Assembly (NCBI GenBank): GCA_964351315.1
Contig: CAYGNH010000005.1
Span: 145,576-209,575 of the forward strand
Source: an uncultured Pseudobdellovibrionaceae bacterium
GTDB taxonomy: Bacteria > Bdellovibrionota > Bdellovibrionia > Bdellovibrionales > JAGQZY01
Length of the DNA stretch: 64,000 bases
Reading direction: 5' to 3'
The notes under the pieces are model-generated. The model did not search any database and was not told the DNA's origin. It worked only from the letters and a program-made list of their open reading frames with translations. The translations under genes were made by a program, and so were the position numbers. The stretch's first letter is position 1. Every line of letters starts with the position of its first letter. Below are positions 46,640-55,994 of this stretch, in pieces.

Positions 46640-48379
46640 CTAAAGCATCAGTCTTTTGATTTCTTTCACTGGGGCGCTGCCAAAGCTTAGAAAGGTTTCG
46701 TGAAACTGCTTGAGATTAAAATCACTGCCTTCTTCGTCCTTGATCAGCTCTCGCAAATCGTAGATCTCACTGAAACCCGCAAAATAGCTGGCCAGCTGCA
46801 CCTGCGAAACGGTGGCGCGGTTCCACTTACCCTCGGCTTCGGCCTTCTCTTGAAAGGCGTCCTCAGTCATCATCTTCATGGCGTCCTTTTTACTAAGGTC
46901 CTTGTGGTGAATCTCGTAATCTAAAATGGTGTTGGTCACCACTCGCAAAAACCATTTGTAATACATCAACCAAAGCTCTTGGCTGTTTTCGCCGTAACCT
47001 TGTTCAAGCATCATACGCTCAGAGTACACCGCCCAACCTTCCACTGTGGGTCCATTGCGAAAAATAGACTTCACCAAACTGGGCGACTTGTTGCTATAAA
47101 CCAATTGCGCATAGTGACCTGGAATCGCTTCGTGAATATTGAGGATCTGCAAAGTGTAATCGTTGTATTCACGCAGCCAACTCTCTTTTTGCTTTTTGGT
47201 CATATTATCAAGAGGGGTGACGTTGTAAAAAGTGTCACGATCTTTATCAAAAGGCCCAGGAGAGTCCACACTAGCTCCAGCAAAGCCTCTCTCGTAAAGT
47301 GGCGTCTCTCGAACTTTCAAAGGTCGTGTCGGATCCAGCGTCAGCAGATCTTTCTCTTTGATAAAATTTGAAAGCTCAGGGATTTGTTTGCGAACGGTTT
47401 CGACAAACTCTCCGGGCTTAGAATGTTCTTTAGAAACCTTCTCGATAATACTAGAAATAACTTTTTGCCGATCTTTCGGCGGTAGCTTTTCACCGAAGTG
47501 CTTAGGGTAAAGAGCGATCGCTGCTTCAAACATTTTTGAGCGTATCTCTTCTTTGGTTGCCAAGGCTTTTCTGTAAAGCTCTTCGGGAGAGCTTTCTACT
47601 TGCAAATCATACTGAAACTTTTTGGCGTAAAGATCTTTACCGATACGAAAAGACCGAAAACCATCGACTTTTTTCGGGTTGGCCATAATTCCTTGCAGAA
47701 AAGTCTGATAGCGCTTGGCCGCCGCCGCCGCCGCACTCACTCTTTGCCGGGCTGTTCTTTTATCACGAGCGGAAAGAGTCGAGTCGTTGATCTTCTTCTT
47801 AACGTCTCCGCCTAAGTATTTAACCAAACCTTTGGTTTGCTTAAGCGCCAATTCGGTATGTTCTTTGGTTGGGTTTTTAATATTATTTTTTGCGGCTTGA
47901 TAATACTCTGGCGCCTTCAAAAGTTTTTCGCTGATATCATTGATTCGATCATTTAGCGGACGTTTTTCTTTTTCCAAAACACCACTGACGGCAGACCCAA
48001 TATTGTAAGCTGAGGGGTTCCATTCGAAAGGACGAAATTCTTTATAGGACCACAGACTGCCCTCTAGCTCGTTGACGATCAGCTTCTGATCCGTTCGTTG
48101 CGCAAAAGAAAGCTCATCCTCATCGACAGCCTTAAAGAGTTCGAGATACTTTTCATAAAAGGCAATTTTTTTATCTCGGTTTTTCTGATCGGGAATTTCT
48201 AAAACCCCATCGTATTTAGAAAGCCCCAGGTTGGAAGCATAAGAGGGGTGAACCTCCCAAAACGCGTCGAGAAACTGTTGCGAAAGCTCAGCAAACTTGG
48301 GGTCATCTTCTTTATCGCGAAGACTGGCACAGCCTACAGCAAAACTAACAAAGATAAGGGCAGCGAGAATAGACTTCAT
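46640..48379 (-). CDS. DUF885 family lipoprotein (putative metallopeptidase-like)
   Basis: 579 aa. Lipobox SFAVGC|AS. HEAIPGHYAQ is the conserved DUF885 segment. Confidence 0.8.
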   Translation of the reverse strand: MKSILAALIFVSFAVGCASLRDKEDDPKFAELSQQFLDAFWEVHPSYASNLGLSKYDGVLEIPDQKNRDKKIAFYEKYLELFKAVDEDELSFAQRTDQKLIVNELEGSLWSYKEFRPFEWNPSAYNIGSAVSGVLEKEKRPLNDRINDISEKLLKAPEYYQAAKNNIKNPTKEHTELALKQTKGLVKYLGGDVKKKINDSTLSARDKRTARQRVSAAAAAAKRYQTFLQGIMANPKKVDGFRSFRIGKDLYAKKFQYDLQVESSPEELYRKALATKEEIRSKMFEAAIALYPKHFGEKLPPKDRQKVISSIIEKVSKEHSKPGEFVETVRKQIPELSNFIKEKDLLTLDPTRPLKVRETPLYERGFAGASVDSPGPFDKDRDTFYNVTPLDNMTKKQKESWLREYNDYTLQILNIHEAIPGHYAQLVYSNKSPSLVKSIFRNGPTVEGWAVYSERMMLEQGYGENSQELWLMYYKWFLRVVTNTILDYEIHHKDLSKKDAMKMMTEDAFQEKAEAEGKWNRATVSQVQLASYFAGFSEIYDLRELIKDEEGSDFNLKQFHETFLSFGSAPVKEIKRLML

Positions 48380-48530
48380 AGTTTTCTCCTAATCGATCTT
48401 CAAAGGTCCCTCGTATTCCAAGGATTATCAATAACTTCCGCACTGTAGCGAACCCCGAAAGTCGTTCATCCATAAAACCGAACACCAATCCACCAAAAAC
48501 CAAATCTCAAACCCGTTTCGGTCGCCCACC

Positions 48531-48648
48531 CCAAGAATTTTTCTGAATGGAATGGAAAAATGCGAATTCCACAGCAAAAAACGCCAAAGGCTTTTCACAG
48601 CGAGGACCTGCCTGAGCATTTTTGCTTTCCATTCAGAAAAATTCTTGG
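48531..48648. repeat. 118-bp palindromic element: 33-nt inverted arms (2 mismatches; first 22 nt perfect) around a 52-nt loop
   Basis: Left arm 48531-48563: ccaagaatttttctgaatggaatggaaaaatgc. The reverse complement of 48616-48648 is ccaagaatttttctgaatggaaagcaaaaatgc. It lies 18 nt downstream of the tRNA-Arg 3' end, upstream of the DUF885 gene. Confidence 0.85.
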
Positions 48649-48665
48649 AATTGGTGCACCGAAAA

Positions 48666-48742
48666 TGGCGATGGCGGGAGGATTCGAACCTCCGACCGTC
48701 TGCTTAGAAGGCAGATGCTCTATCCAACTGAGCTACGCCACC
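48666..48742 (-). tRNA. tRNA-Arg (anticodon TCT), CCA encoded
   Basis: Minus-strand sequence: GGTGGCGTAGCTCAGTTGGATAGAGCATCTGCCTTCTAAGCAGACGGTCGGAGGTTCGAATCCTCCCGCCATCGCCA. It folds by hand into a cloverleaf: 7-bp acceptor (one G-U), 4-bp D stem, 5-bp anticodon stem, loop CTTCTAA, 5-bp T stem, GTTCGAATC T-loop. Confidence 0.9.
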
Positions 48743-48755
48743 AAACCAAGGCGTC

Positions 48756-48784
48756 ACATTAGCCGAAAACCAACCCCTATTCAA
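48756..48784 (-). promoter_or_regulatory. putative sigma-70 promoter for tRNA-Arg
   Basis: The minus strand reads TTGAAT-N17-TAATGT. The -10 element ends 13 nt upstream of the mature tRNA 5' end. Confidence 0.45.
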
Positions 48785-48812
48785 CTCCATTGCACCAGAC
48801 TTTGATTAAAGC

Positions 48813-49826
48813 TTAGGCAAATCCATCCAGGATCTCATCCAATTGCTCTCTGGTGGGACGCAGCTCCAGCTCGTTCATGGAGCAAAGGGCTCTATCCGCC
48901 AGACTCTGCTGATCGACGAGGTTCTCCTGATCGCTATTGAAATAGAACAGTCCGGTGACAAATTTCTCGTCTCTTTTTGCCCTGTGCAGAACCTGCATCG
49001 CTGCCAGAGGATCGCTGACGTCGTGAGCGGCCTCATCCACTTTGGCTAAGGCCAGCTTAGAGCCATCATGGAGCTCGACAATCGTAGAGCCCTCATAATC
49101 CACAGAGATTTCCTCTTTGGGTTCAATAAAGCCTAGGGACTGCAACTGATACTTTCTTTCTTTGACGGCATCATAACTTTTGGTGGATCCAGGGTTGTTG
49201 GCAAAAGTCACACAGGGAGAAATCACATCGATAAAGGCGGTGCCTTCAAATTCCATGGCGGCCCGTAAAAGTGGAACCAACTGTTTGGCATCCCCAGAAA
49301 AAGACCGGGCGACAAAGCCGCAACCCATCTCGATGGCCAAGGCACACAAGTCGATGGAAGAAAAGGTGTTGAGTTCTCCACTTTTGCGGGTGGAGCCTTC
49401 ATCCGCGGTGGCCGAAAACTGCCCCTTGGTTAAACCATAGACACCATTGTTTTCAACAATGTAAACCATGGGAAGGTTGCGACGTAGAAGGTGGCAAAAA
49501 CCACCCAAACCAATACTGGCCGAATCGCCGTCCCCAGAAACTCCGATAATCTTTAAATTGTGATTGGCCATCTTAGCACCGGTCGCCAGAGGAGCCATCC
49601 GTCCATGCAGAGAATTAAACCCGGCCGACTTCTCTAAAAAATAGGTCGGCGTTTTAGAAGAGCAACCAATTCCAGAAACCTTCGCAACTTGGTAAGGATT
49701 GACAGACGACTTATACAGAGCCGAAACCAAATGATTGGTGATACTGTCGTGACCACAGCCCGAACAAAGAGTCGACTTGGCGCCCGTGTAGCTTTTACGA
49801 TCATAACCTAATTCATTAGTGGCCAA
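48813..49826 (-). CDS. korB: 2-oxoacid:ferredoxin oxidoreductase beta subunit (TPP-binding)
   Basis: CSGCGH near the N-terminus; GDGDSASIG is the TPP GDG motif. The start is uncertain. I favour TTG at 49826 (AAGGGGG 6 nt upstream, 11-nt overlap with the korA stop). The ORF track extends to 49916, which would overlap korA by 101 nt. Confidence 0.85.
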   Translation of the reverse strand: MATNELGYDRKSYTGAKSTLCSGCGHDSITNHLVSALYKSSVNPYQVAKVSGIGCSSKTPTYFLEKSAGFNSLHGRMAPLATGAKMANHNLKIIGVSGDGDSASIGLGGFCHLLRRNLPMVYIVENNGVYGLTKGQFSATADEGSTRKSGELNTFSSIDLCALAIEMGCGFVARSFSGDAKQLVPLLRAAMEFEGTAFIDVISPCVTFANNPGSTKSYDAVKERKYQLQSLGFIEPKEEISVDYEGSTIVELHDGSKLALAKVDEAAHDVSDPLAAMQVLHRAKRDEKFVTGLFYFNSDQENLVDQQSLADRALCSMNELELRPTREQLDEILDGFA

Positions 49827-51603
49827 GGAAGCCCCCTTGGTTGAGGTTTTCGGCAACGACTTCTGGGCAGAGCGGCATTCCATCACAATTGGTCTCCACT
49901 GCGATTTTATTGGCAAATTGAGGGAACTCCCCTCGCAACAATTCGGCCATTTGGCCGTGTTGGTTTTGTTCGATCACTAGAATTTTGTCATGCTTTGCAA
50001 TGAACGCCTGGACATCTTTATGGAAGGGGTAGGCCTTCAAACGACAGGTACTTATTTTTTGATCCGAATAAAAACTGAGAAGTTCGTCCATGATCACGTC
50101 AGTGCTTCCATAAAAAACGATCCCCACCTTAGCACCATCGACCGGGTCAACAACTGGTGCGGGCACCAAAGTTTTAATGGTTTGCCATTTACGGTCCAGT
50201 CGATCCATCAATTGTTGGTAGTTTTCAGAATCTTCAGAATACTTGGCTTCGGGCGTGTGACCGGTGCCACGAGTGAAGTAGGCCGCCAAGTCATGTTCCG
50301 TCCCCGGCAAGGTTCGATAAGGTATTCCATCGCCGTCGCGATCGGCATAACGGGCAAACTCTCCAAGTTTATCTAAATCCTCTTTACTTAAAACTTTGCC
50401 TCGATCATAGGGCTGATCGGGAAAATCAAAGCGGTCGGTCATCCAAAAGTTCATCCCCACATCCAAATCACTCAATACAAACACTGGAGTTTGGGCTCTC
50501 TCGGCCAAGTTAAAAGCCAAACTAGCAAACTCAAAACATTCTGTCGGCGTCGAGGGAAAGAAGATCGGGTGGTGGGTGTCGCCGTGGGAACATCGCGCCG
50601 CCGCTAACACATCCCCTTGTGAAGTGCGAGTCGGTAAGCCCGTCGAAGGCCCCATTCTTTGCACATCCCAAATCAATCCCGGAATTTCAGCAAAATACAT
50701 CAGGCCAATGGCTTCCGACATCAAGCTGATTCCGGGGCCCGAAGTCGCTGTCATCGCACGACTGCCGGCCCAACCGGCTCCGGCAACCATAGTGATCGCA
50801 CTCAGTTCATCTTCAGACTGCACCATAGAAAATCGTTTTTTCCCAGCCGACTCCGTTCGCAACTGGTGACTAAAGAGTTCAAAGTTTTCGGCCAATGAGC
50901 TGGAAGGTGTGATCGGATACCAGGCGCCAAAGGTGCAACCGGCATAGACCAAGCCCAGGGCTCCGGACGTATTGCCGTCAATCAGAACTTTGTTTTCTGT
51001 GAGCTGACGTTTCTCAACTTTTAGGGGCCATGATTTTCCTGCCAGTTCGGCACGCACGTACTCGCGCCCGGCGTGCACCGCTTTTTTGTTGATTTCAAAA
51101 ACTTTTTCTTTCCCCTTGAACTGATGTTCAATGGTGGCTTCGACCACCTCTTCGGGGATACCCATCATCTCGGTCAGCAAACCAACGTAAACCATATTCA
51201 CTAAAAGTTTTTTCAGTTGGATCGAGTCGGTCACTTCTTTGGCCAAGGCATCAAAATCAACACCAATCGACTCACGGTCTTGTGGTGGCTCAGCCCCTCG
51301 AATCCCAGAATTGTAAATAAACAAACCCTCGGGCTTTAAAAGCTCCAGATCTTTGGTGATGGTTTCTTTGTTCATAGCTACAACTAAGTCGGCGTGCTTC
51401 TGACGACCCACAAAGCCTTTGTCGTTCACTCGAATAGAAAACCAGGTCGGTAAACCCGCAATGTTGGAAGGAAAAAGATTCTTCCCAGACACCGGCACTC
51501 CCATTCGAAAAATCGAACGCATCAGGATGTTATTGGCCGATTGGCTTCCACTGCCGTTGACGGTGGCGATTGTCATAGAAAAGTCATTGATTCGCTGGTC
51601 CAT
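49816..51603 (-). CDS. korA: 2-oxoacid:ferredoxin oxidoreductase alpha subunit
   Basis: 595 aa. The N-terminus ATVNGSGSQSAN.IL and the central pyrimidine-binding region ITPSS... are typical of KorA/OorA-type fused alpha subunits. Confidence 0.9.
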   Translation of the reverse strand: MDQRINDFSMTIATVNGSGSQSANNILMRSIFRMGVPVSGKNLFPSNIAGLPTWFSIRVNDKGFVGRQKHADLVVAMNKETITKDLELLKPEGLFIYNSGIRGAEPPQDRESIGVDFDALAKEVTDSIQLKKLLVNMVYVGLLTEMMGIPEEVVEATIEHQFKGKEKVFEINKKAVHAGREYVRAELAGKSWPLKVEKRQLTENKVLIDGNTSGALGLVYAGCTFGAWYPITPSSSLAENFELFSHQLRTESAGKKRFSMVQSEDELSAITMVAGAGWAGSRAMTATSGPGISLMSEAIGLMYFAEIPGLIWDVQRMGPSTGLPTRTSQGDVLAAARCSHGDTHHPIFFPSTPTECFEFASLAFNLAERAQTPVFVLSDLDVGMNFWMTDRFDFPDQPYDRGKVLSKEDLDKLGEFARYADRDGDGIPYRTLPGTEHDLAAYFTRGTGHTPEAKYSEDSENYQQLMDRLDRKWQTIKTLVPAPVVDPVDGAKVGIVFYGSTDVIMDELLSFYSDQKISTCRLKAYPFHKDVQAFIAKHDKILVIEQNQHGQMAELLRGEFPQFANKIAVETNCDGMPLCPEVVAENLNQGGFLGH

Positions 51604-51680
51604 TCCGATTCTCCCACGATAGGCACAGGTCCCAGAGTCTAGAACGAAGAAGGGGTAGTTTCAACCACGCAATTGCGGAC

Positions 51681-52418
51681 TTATTCATTGGGTTGGTGAA
51701 TATCCGCTTCAGGGTCCATTTCGAGAACCCATTTCACGTATTTGTCGTGAATCACATCGGCGGCTCCCGGGGGGCAAACGGGCCCCACATAAATATCCAG
51801 AACCCCTGGGCTCGGGATCAGCTGCCCTTTGGGCCACAAAGTGCTGTTGCCCTTGATATACAGAAACAATATGGGTGTGGAAGTCTCTTGCGAGAACAAA
51901 CTAATCCCCCGTCGGAACTCTTGAATGGCCCCGTCTTTGGATCGTGTGCCCTCGGGAAAAAAGATCATCCAAATACGGTCTAATTGACGCAGCAGCGTGA
52001 GAATCAGCTTTACGGCCTCGCCCTTCTTATCCTTGCGATCAATGGGGATGGCCCCCAAACAGTGTTTAGAAAAAAAGTCGAAAATAGGGTTGCCGAAAAA
52101 ATAGTCCTTCGCCGCTGTCACATAAAGATCGGGCCAGTACCGAAACGGAATCACCGCCGCCATCGAAGTCGCATCCAAGTGACTGGCGTGGTTGGAAATA
52201 ACAATCAGTTTAGGATAATTTTTGGCAATGGTATGGAATTCTCCGTGCAATTTAATACGGACGTAAAAACGGTAGGCCAAAAGTTTTAAAAAAAGAGCCC
52301 AAAGCAAACGAAAAAATTTTGAGGTTAAATCGTAATGACGAGTAAAAAGCGGCAAGTGTTTTAAATAGGGCGGCAGTTTGGTCCACTGCTCGTTTTCGTA
52401 GTCCCACTCCCAGCTCAC
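51681..52418 (-). CDS. plsC: lysophospholipid (1-acyl-sn-glycerol-3-phosphate) acyltransferase family
   Basis: HX4D motif NHASHLD and block III FPEGTRS. 4-nt overlap with the upstream gene. Confidence 0.8.
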   Translation of the reverse strand: MSWEWDYENEQWTKLPPYLKHLPLFTRHYDLTSKFFRLLWALFLKLLAYRFYVRIKLHGEFHTIAKNYPKLIVISNHASHLDATSMAAVIPFRYWPDLYVTAAKDYFFGNPIFDFFSKHCLGAIPIDRKDKKGEAVKLILTLLRQLDRIWMIFFPEGTRSKDGAIQEFRRGISLFSQETSTPILFLYIKGNSTLWPKGQLIPSPGVLDIYVGPVCPPGAADVIHDKYVKWVLEMDPEADIHQPNE

Positions 52419-53326
52419 TGGTACTCCCCTAATAGAAACAACACGTAATGGGCGATTGGCGCTACAAAAACCAGTCGATCCAATCGACTAAAGAAATCGC
52501 CTCGACCAAGAATAAACGAGTCCGTAACTTTGATGCCCAGGTCTCTTCGCACCACAGCCAAAACCGAGTCTCCAGTGCTTCCAAACAAAACACAGGTTAA
52601 ACTGATCGCACCCCAATAGTACTCAGTACGCACGGGCAGCAGATGACGCATCCCCCACCCCAAAACTAAGGTAATCGCTCCCGCAAAAATAAAACCTTCA
52701 AGGCTTCGTTTGGGGGTGATGTTTCCAATCAGCTTAAAGTTTTTTAGGTAGCGACTGATCGCTAGGTAAATGGTGTCAAAAAATTCGGTGAGCATAATGA
52801 TGTAAATCATCACATAAACCCCGTCTTGCATTTCCATAATCCAGCCCAGGTGCAAGAAGGCCCAAATAAAACAAAAGTTCATCAGGGTCAGCGCCATGTA
52901 TTGAACCATGTGCTTGTACGAGTTGCGTAGCAGCGGGATCAAGCAGACCACAAACATCATAAACATGGGCATCAAGTTGTAAATATCGACGTACTGTTTA
53001 TAGATACAGTAGGTGGAGAAAAAGATGATAAAATAGCAGGCCCACACAAAGTTGCTACGATGGTACATTCCGGTCATTTGAAAAAAGTTTTTTGCCCCAT
53101 AAATCGAGACAATACAGAGCACCGCCAAAGGGTAAGGCCAAGCCATCCCCGCAAAAACAAAGATAAAGGGTACGGTCAGAAGCCAGCTCATGGTGCTCGC
53201 GGCCCCTTTTTTGAATTGTGCGTCTTTGCGATTGAGAAAAGTCAAAATGACATTGATAATCAGGATCGCGCTAAAAACAACAACGGCGGTTTCCTGAAAT
53301 TTTGGTTCGAAAAGTAAATCCCACAT
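52415..53326 (-). CDS. CTP_transf_1 (CdsA-like phosphatidate cytidylyltransferase family) membrane protein, divergent signature
   Basis: 303 aa, polytopic. ITPKRSLEGFIFAG corresponds to CdsA SPKKTWEG. The C-terminal S.L..VRRDLGIKVTDSFILGRGDFFSRLDR is related to, but departs from, S..KR....KD.....PGHGG..DR.D. Confidence 0.65.
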   Translation of the reverse strand: MWDLLFEPKFQETAVVVFSAILIINVILTFLNRKDAQFKKGAASTMSWLLTVPFIFVFAGMAWPYPLAVLCIVSIYGAKNFFQMTGMYHRSNFVWACYFIIFFSTYCIYKQYVDIYNLMPMFMMFVVCLIPLLRNSYKHMVQYMALTLMNFCFIWAFLHLGWIMEMQDGVYVMIYIIMLTEFFDTIYLAISRYLKNFKLIGNITPKRSLEGFIFAGAITLVLGWGMRHLLPVRTEYYWGAISLTCVLFGSTGDSVLAVVRRDLGIKVTDSFILGRGDFFSRLDRLVFVAPIAHYVLFLLGEYQ

Positions 53327-53333
53327 AGGTTTC

Positions 53334-54677
53334 CTACTTTTTTAGTTCAAGTTGATAGTCCTTCACTTTCTTATAAAGCGAAGACCGAGAAATCTGTAAT
53401 TTTTTTGCCAACTCATCCACTTCTAAATCCAAAGCCAGAGCCTGTTGCATCACCGTGCGTTCGTAGTTTTGCATCAATTGAGCCAGCCCCAAATCCAGGT
53501 TCACTTGATCGGTGGTGGAGGCCGACACTTGCTTGTAAAGAATGCCTTTCACATCTTCGGCCCGAATAATTGGCAGCGGCGCCATCAATGCCAGGTGCTC
53601 GCAAACCCGCTTCAACTGCCGAACATTTCCCGGCCACGAATAGTTTTGCAGCTCTAGTAAGGCGTCCTCACCCATGCTTTTTTTCATTGTGACTTCGCGC
53701 TGGGATAAGAAGTGCTGACACAAAAGTTTAATGTCTTCCTTACGGTCGCGCAAAGGAGGGATTTCCAACTTATGGCCACTCAGGCGGTACATCAGGTCTT
53801 CGCGAAACTTTTCTTTTTTCACCAGTTCTTCTAATTTTTCGTTGGTCGCCGCGATCACTCGCACTTGCACTTTTTGCGAATCGGTGGCTCCGACTTTTTG
53901 AAATTCACCATTTTCTAAAAACCGTAACAGTTTAGCTTGGTGGTTCAAGCTAAGGGCCTCGATCTCGTCTAAAAACAAGTCTCCGCCATGGGCTTGCTCA
54001 ACCAAACCGGCTTTGTTTTGAATGGCCCCGGTAAAAGCCCCTTTTACGTGCCCAAACATTTCTGATTCAAAAAGGTTTTCTGAAAGAGCCGCCACATTGA
54101 TCGCCACAAAGGGGCGGTCCCACTGGGCTTGGTGAAGCATTTGCGCCACCACTTCTTTTCCGGTGCCCGACTCGCCTTCTACCAAGATTGGCGCCGGCTC
54201 TTTTTGCATATTGGCCACAAAGCGCCGAACGTCGTCAGAACTGGAAGTGGAGCCTATCCACTTCACCGTGTCTTTTTGGTTTTCAAGACTGACGCCCCGT
54301 AGGCGCCAAAGAGTTTCAATTTTTTCTAGCACCAACTTTAATTCATCGGCCACTAAGGGTTTCGCCAGAAATCGGGTGGCTCCGGCTTTTAAAGCGGCCT
54401 CCATGTTTTCTCGGCGCAAGTCTCCTGAAATAGAAACCACTTCGGACAGACCCTGATGGCGCGACAGGGTTTTCATGACCTCCAAGCCTTCTGACTTATT
54501 GAGATCGCCACTTAAGTGAATATCAACGAAGGCGGCATGAAAAAACAGCTGATCATTCAGCTTGGCTTTATCCTGAGAAATCAAAGACCAATGGTCCGGC
54601 AGACAAAGGGCAATCGTGTCGACCACCAAAGGATCGTCATCGACAACCAGCAAACGCAATTTTCCTGATTCAGCCAT
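53334..54677 (-). CDS. sigma-54-dependent response regulator (NtrC family: receiver + AAA+ + Fis-type HTH)
   Basis: Receiver LLVVDDDP...; Walker A GESGTGKE; sigma-54 contact loop GAFTGA; ESEMFGH; C-terminal HTH LAKKLQISRSSLYKKVK. Confidence 0.9.
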   Translation of the reverse strand: MAESGKLRLLVVDDDPLVVDTIALCLPDHWSLISQDKAKLNDQLFFHAAFVDIHLSGDLNKSEGLEVMKTLSRHQGLSEVVSISGDLRRENMEAALKAGATRFLAKPLVADELKLVLEKIETLWRLRGVSLENQKDTVKWIGSTSSSDDVRRFVANMQKEPAPILVEGESGTGKEVVAQMLHQAQWDRPFVAINVAALSENLFESEMFGHVKGAFTGAIQNKAGLVEQAHGGDLFLDEIEALSLNHQAKLLRFLENGEFQKVGATDSQKVQVRVIAATNEKLEELVKKEKFREDLMYRLSGHKLEIPPLRDRKEDIKLLCQHFLSQREVTMKKSMGEDALLELQNYSWPGNVRQLKRVCEHLALMAPLPIIRAEDVKGILYKQVSASTTDQVNLDLGLAQLMQNYERTVMQQALALDLEVDELAKKLQISRSSLYKKVKDYQLELKK

Positions 54678-54745
54678 AGCAACCTTACTCGTTCAATTGG
54701 GCCTGATCTTATTAAAAAAACTCACTTTTTACAAACAATTCGCCA

Positions 54746-54774
54746 TTGGCAAGTCAGAGGCTCTCGGCTAAAAT
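54746..54774 (+). promoter_or_regulatory. putative sigma-70 promoter for serA
   Basis: TTGGCA-N17-TAAAAT, with the -10 element ending 27 nt upstream of the serA ATG. Confidence 0.4.
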
Positions 54775-54801
54775 GGGGACCTTGAAATAGGGAGTTTTTA
54801 C

Positions 54802-55992
54802 ATGAAAATAGCACTTTTGGAGGGAATCCACTCCGTCGCCAAAGACAACCTCGAGGCCCACGGGCACCAAGTCGAACTCTACAAGCAGTCCTTTGCCGAT
54901 CAAGAGCTGATTGATCTGTTAAATGATTTCGAGGCCGTGGGCATCCGATCGAAAACCCAGCTCTCCGAAAAGGTGTTGCAAAACTCCCCCCAACTCAATG
55001 CCATTGGTTGCTATTGTATTGGCACCAATCAAGTCGACTTGAATTCCGCAAAAAAATTGGGAATCCCGGTCTTTAATGCCCCCCACAGTAACACCCGCTC
55101 GGTGGCCGAACTGGTCCTTTGCGAGGTCGTTGCACTGTCTAGAAATTTGTTTGATATGAGTTCTAAAGTTCACAAAGGTCAATGGAACAAGTCCGCCGCC
55201 GGCTCTTTTGAGGTTCGAGGCAAAACCATTGGGATTGTGGGTTACGGGCATATTGGCTCCCAGGTGAGCATTCTCGCCGAAGCCTTCGGTTTAAAAGTCA
55301 TCTACTACGACGTAGTTAAAAAACTCCCCCTCGGCAACAGTCGACAGGTGGGAAGTCTCAATGCCCTTTTAAAAGAGACCGACTTTGTAACTTTGCATGT
55401 ACCCGAAACACCCGAAACTAAAAAAATGATAAGCGCCAAAGAAATTGGCTTGATGAAAAAAGGTTCGTATTTGATCAATGCCAGCCGAGGCACCGTCGTT
55501 GACATCGAGGCCCTGGCCTCGGCCCTCGATAGCGGCCACTTGGCAGGTGCCGCTATCGATGTTTACCCTTCCGAACCCAAGAAAAACAGCGATGGCTTTG
55601 AAACCCACTTACAAAATTCACGAAACGTTATTCTGACTCCGCATATTGGTGGCAGCACCCAAGAGGCCCAATTTAAAATCGGGCAAGAGGTTTCAGAGTC
55701 CCTGGGGCACTATTTTAGTTACGGGCAAACCGTCGGTGCTGTAAACTTTCCTAACGTCCCCGCCTCCATGACCATCCAAGGTCGGCGGCTTTTAAATGTT
55801 CATAAAAACGTGCCCGGAGTTTTAGGAGACATCAACAGCATTGTTTCGCAAAAAGGTATCAACATTCACTCGCAGTCCTTATCGACGGACGAAGAGATTG
55901 GATTTTTGCTAATGGACATCGAAGCCGGTGCCACCGAAGCCTTCAACGAAATCGGCTCGCTGAGCACCAACATAAAAACCCGCCTCCTCTAA
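54802..55992 (+). CDS. serA: D-3-phosphoglycerate dehydrogenase (with C-terminal ACT domain)
   Basis: 396 aa. NAD-binding GIVGYGHIGSQV; 2-hydroxyacid dehydrogenase catalytic segment LTPHIGGST; ACT-like C-terminus. Confidence 0.9.
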   Translation: MKIALLEGIHSVAKDNLEAHGHQVELYKQSFADQELIDLLNDFEAVGIRSKTQLSEKVLQNSPQLNAIGCYCIGTNQVDLNSAKKLGIPVFNAPHSNTRSVAELVLCEVVALSRNLFDMSSKVHKGQWNKSAAGSFEVRGKTIGIVGYGHIGSQVSILAEAFGLKVIYYDVVKKLPLGNSRQVGSLNALLKETDFVTLHVPETPETKKMISAKEIGLMKKGSYLINASRGTVVDIEALASALDSGHLAGAAIDVYPSEPKKNSDGFETHLQNSRNVILTPHIGGSTQEAQFKIGQEVSESLGHYFSYGQTVGAVNFPNVPASMTIQGRRLLNVHKNVPGVLGDINSIVSQKGINIHSQSLSTDEEIGFLLMDIEAGATEAFNEIGSLSTNIKTRLL

Positions 55993-55994
55993 AA

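Noticed and set aside
49827-49916. The ORF-track start of korB would give a 101-nt overlap with korA. I considered a genuine long overlap or a programmed event.
   Set aside because: An in-frame TTG at 49826 with an AAGGGGG Shine-Dalgarno gives the usual short overlap and a typical KorB N-terminus length. The long overlap is most simply an ORF-finder artefact.
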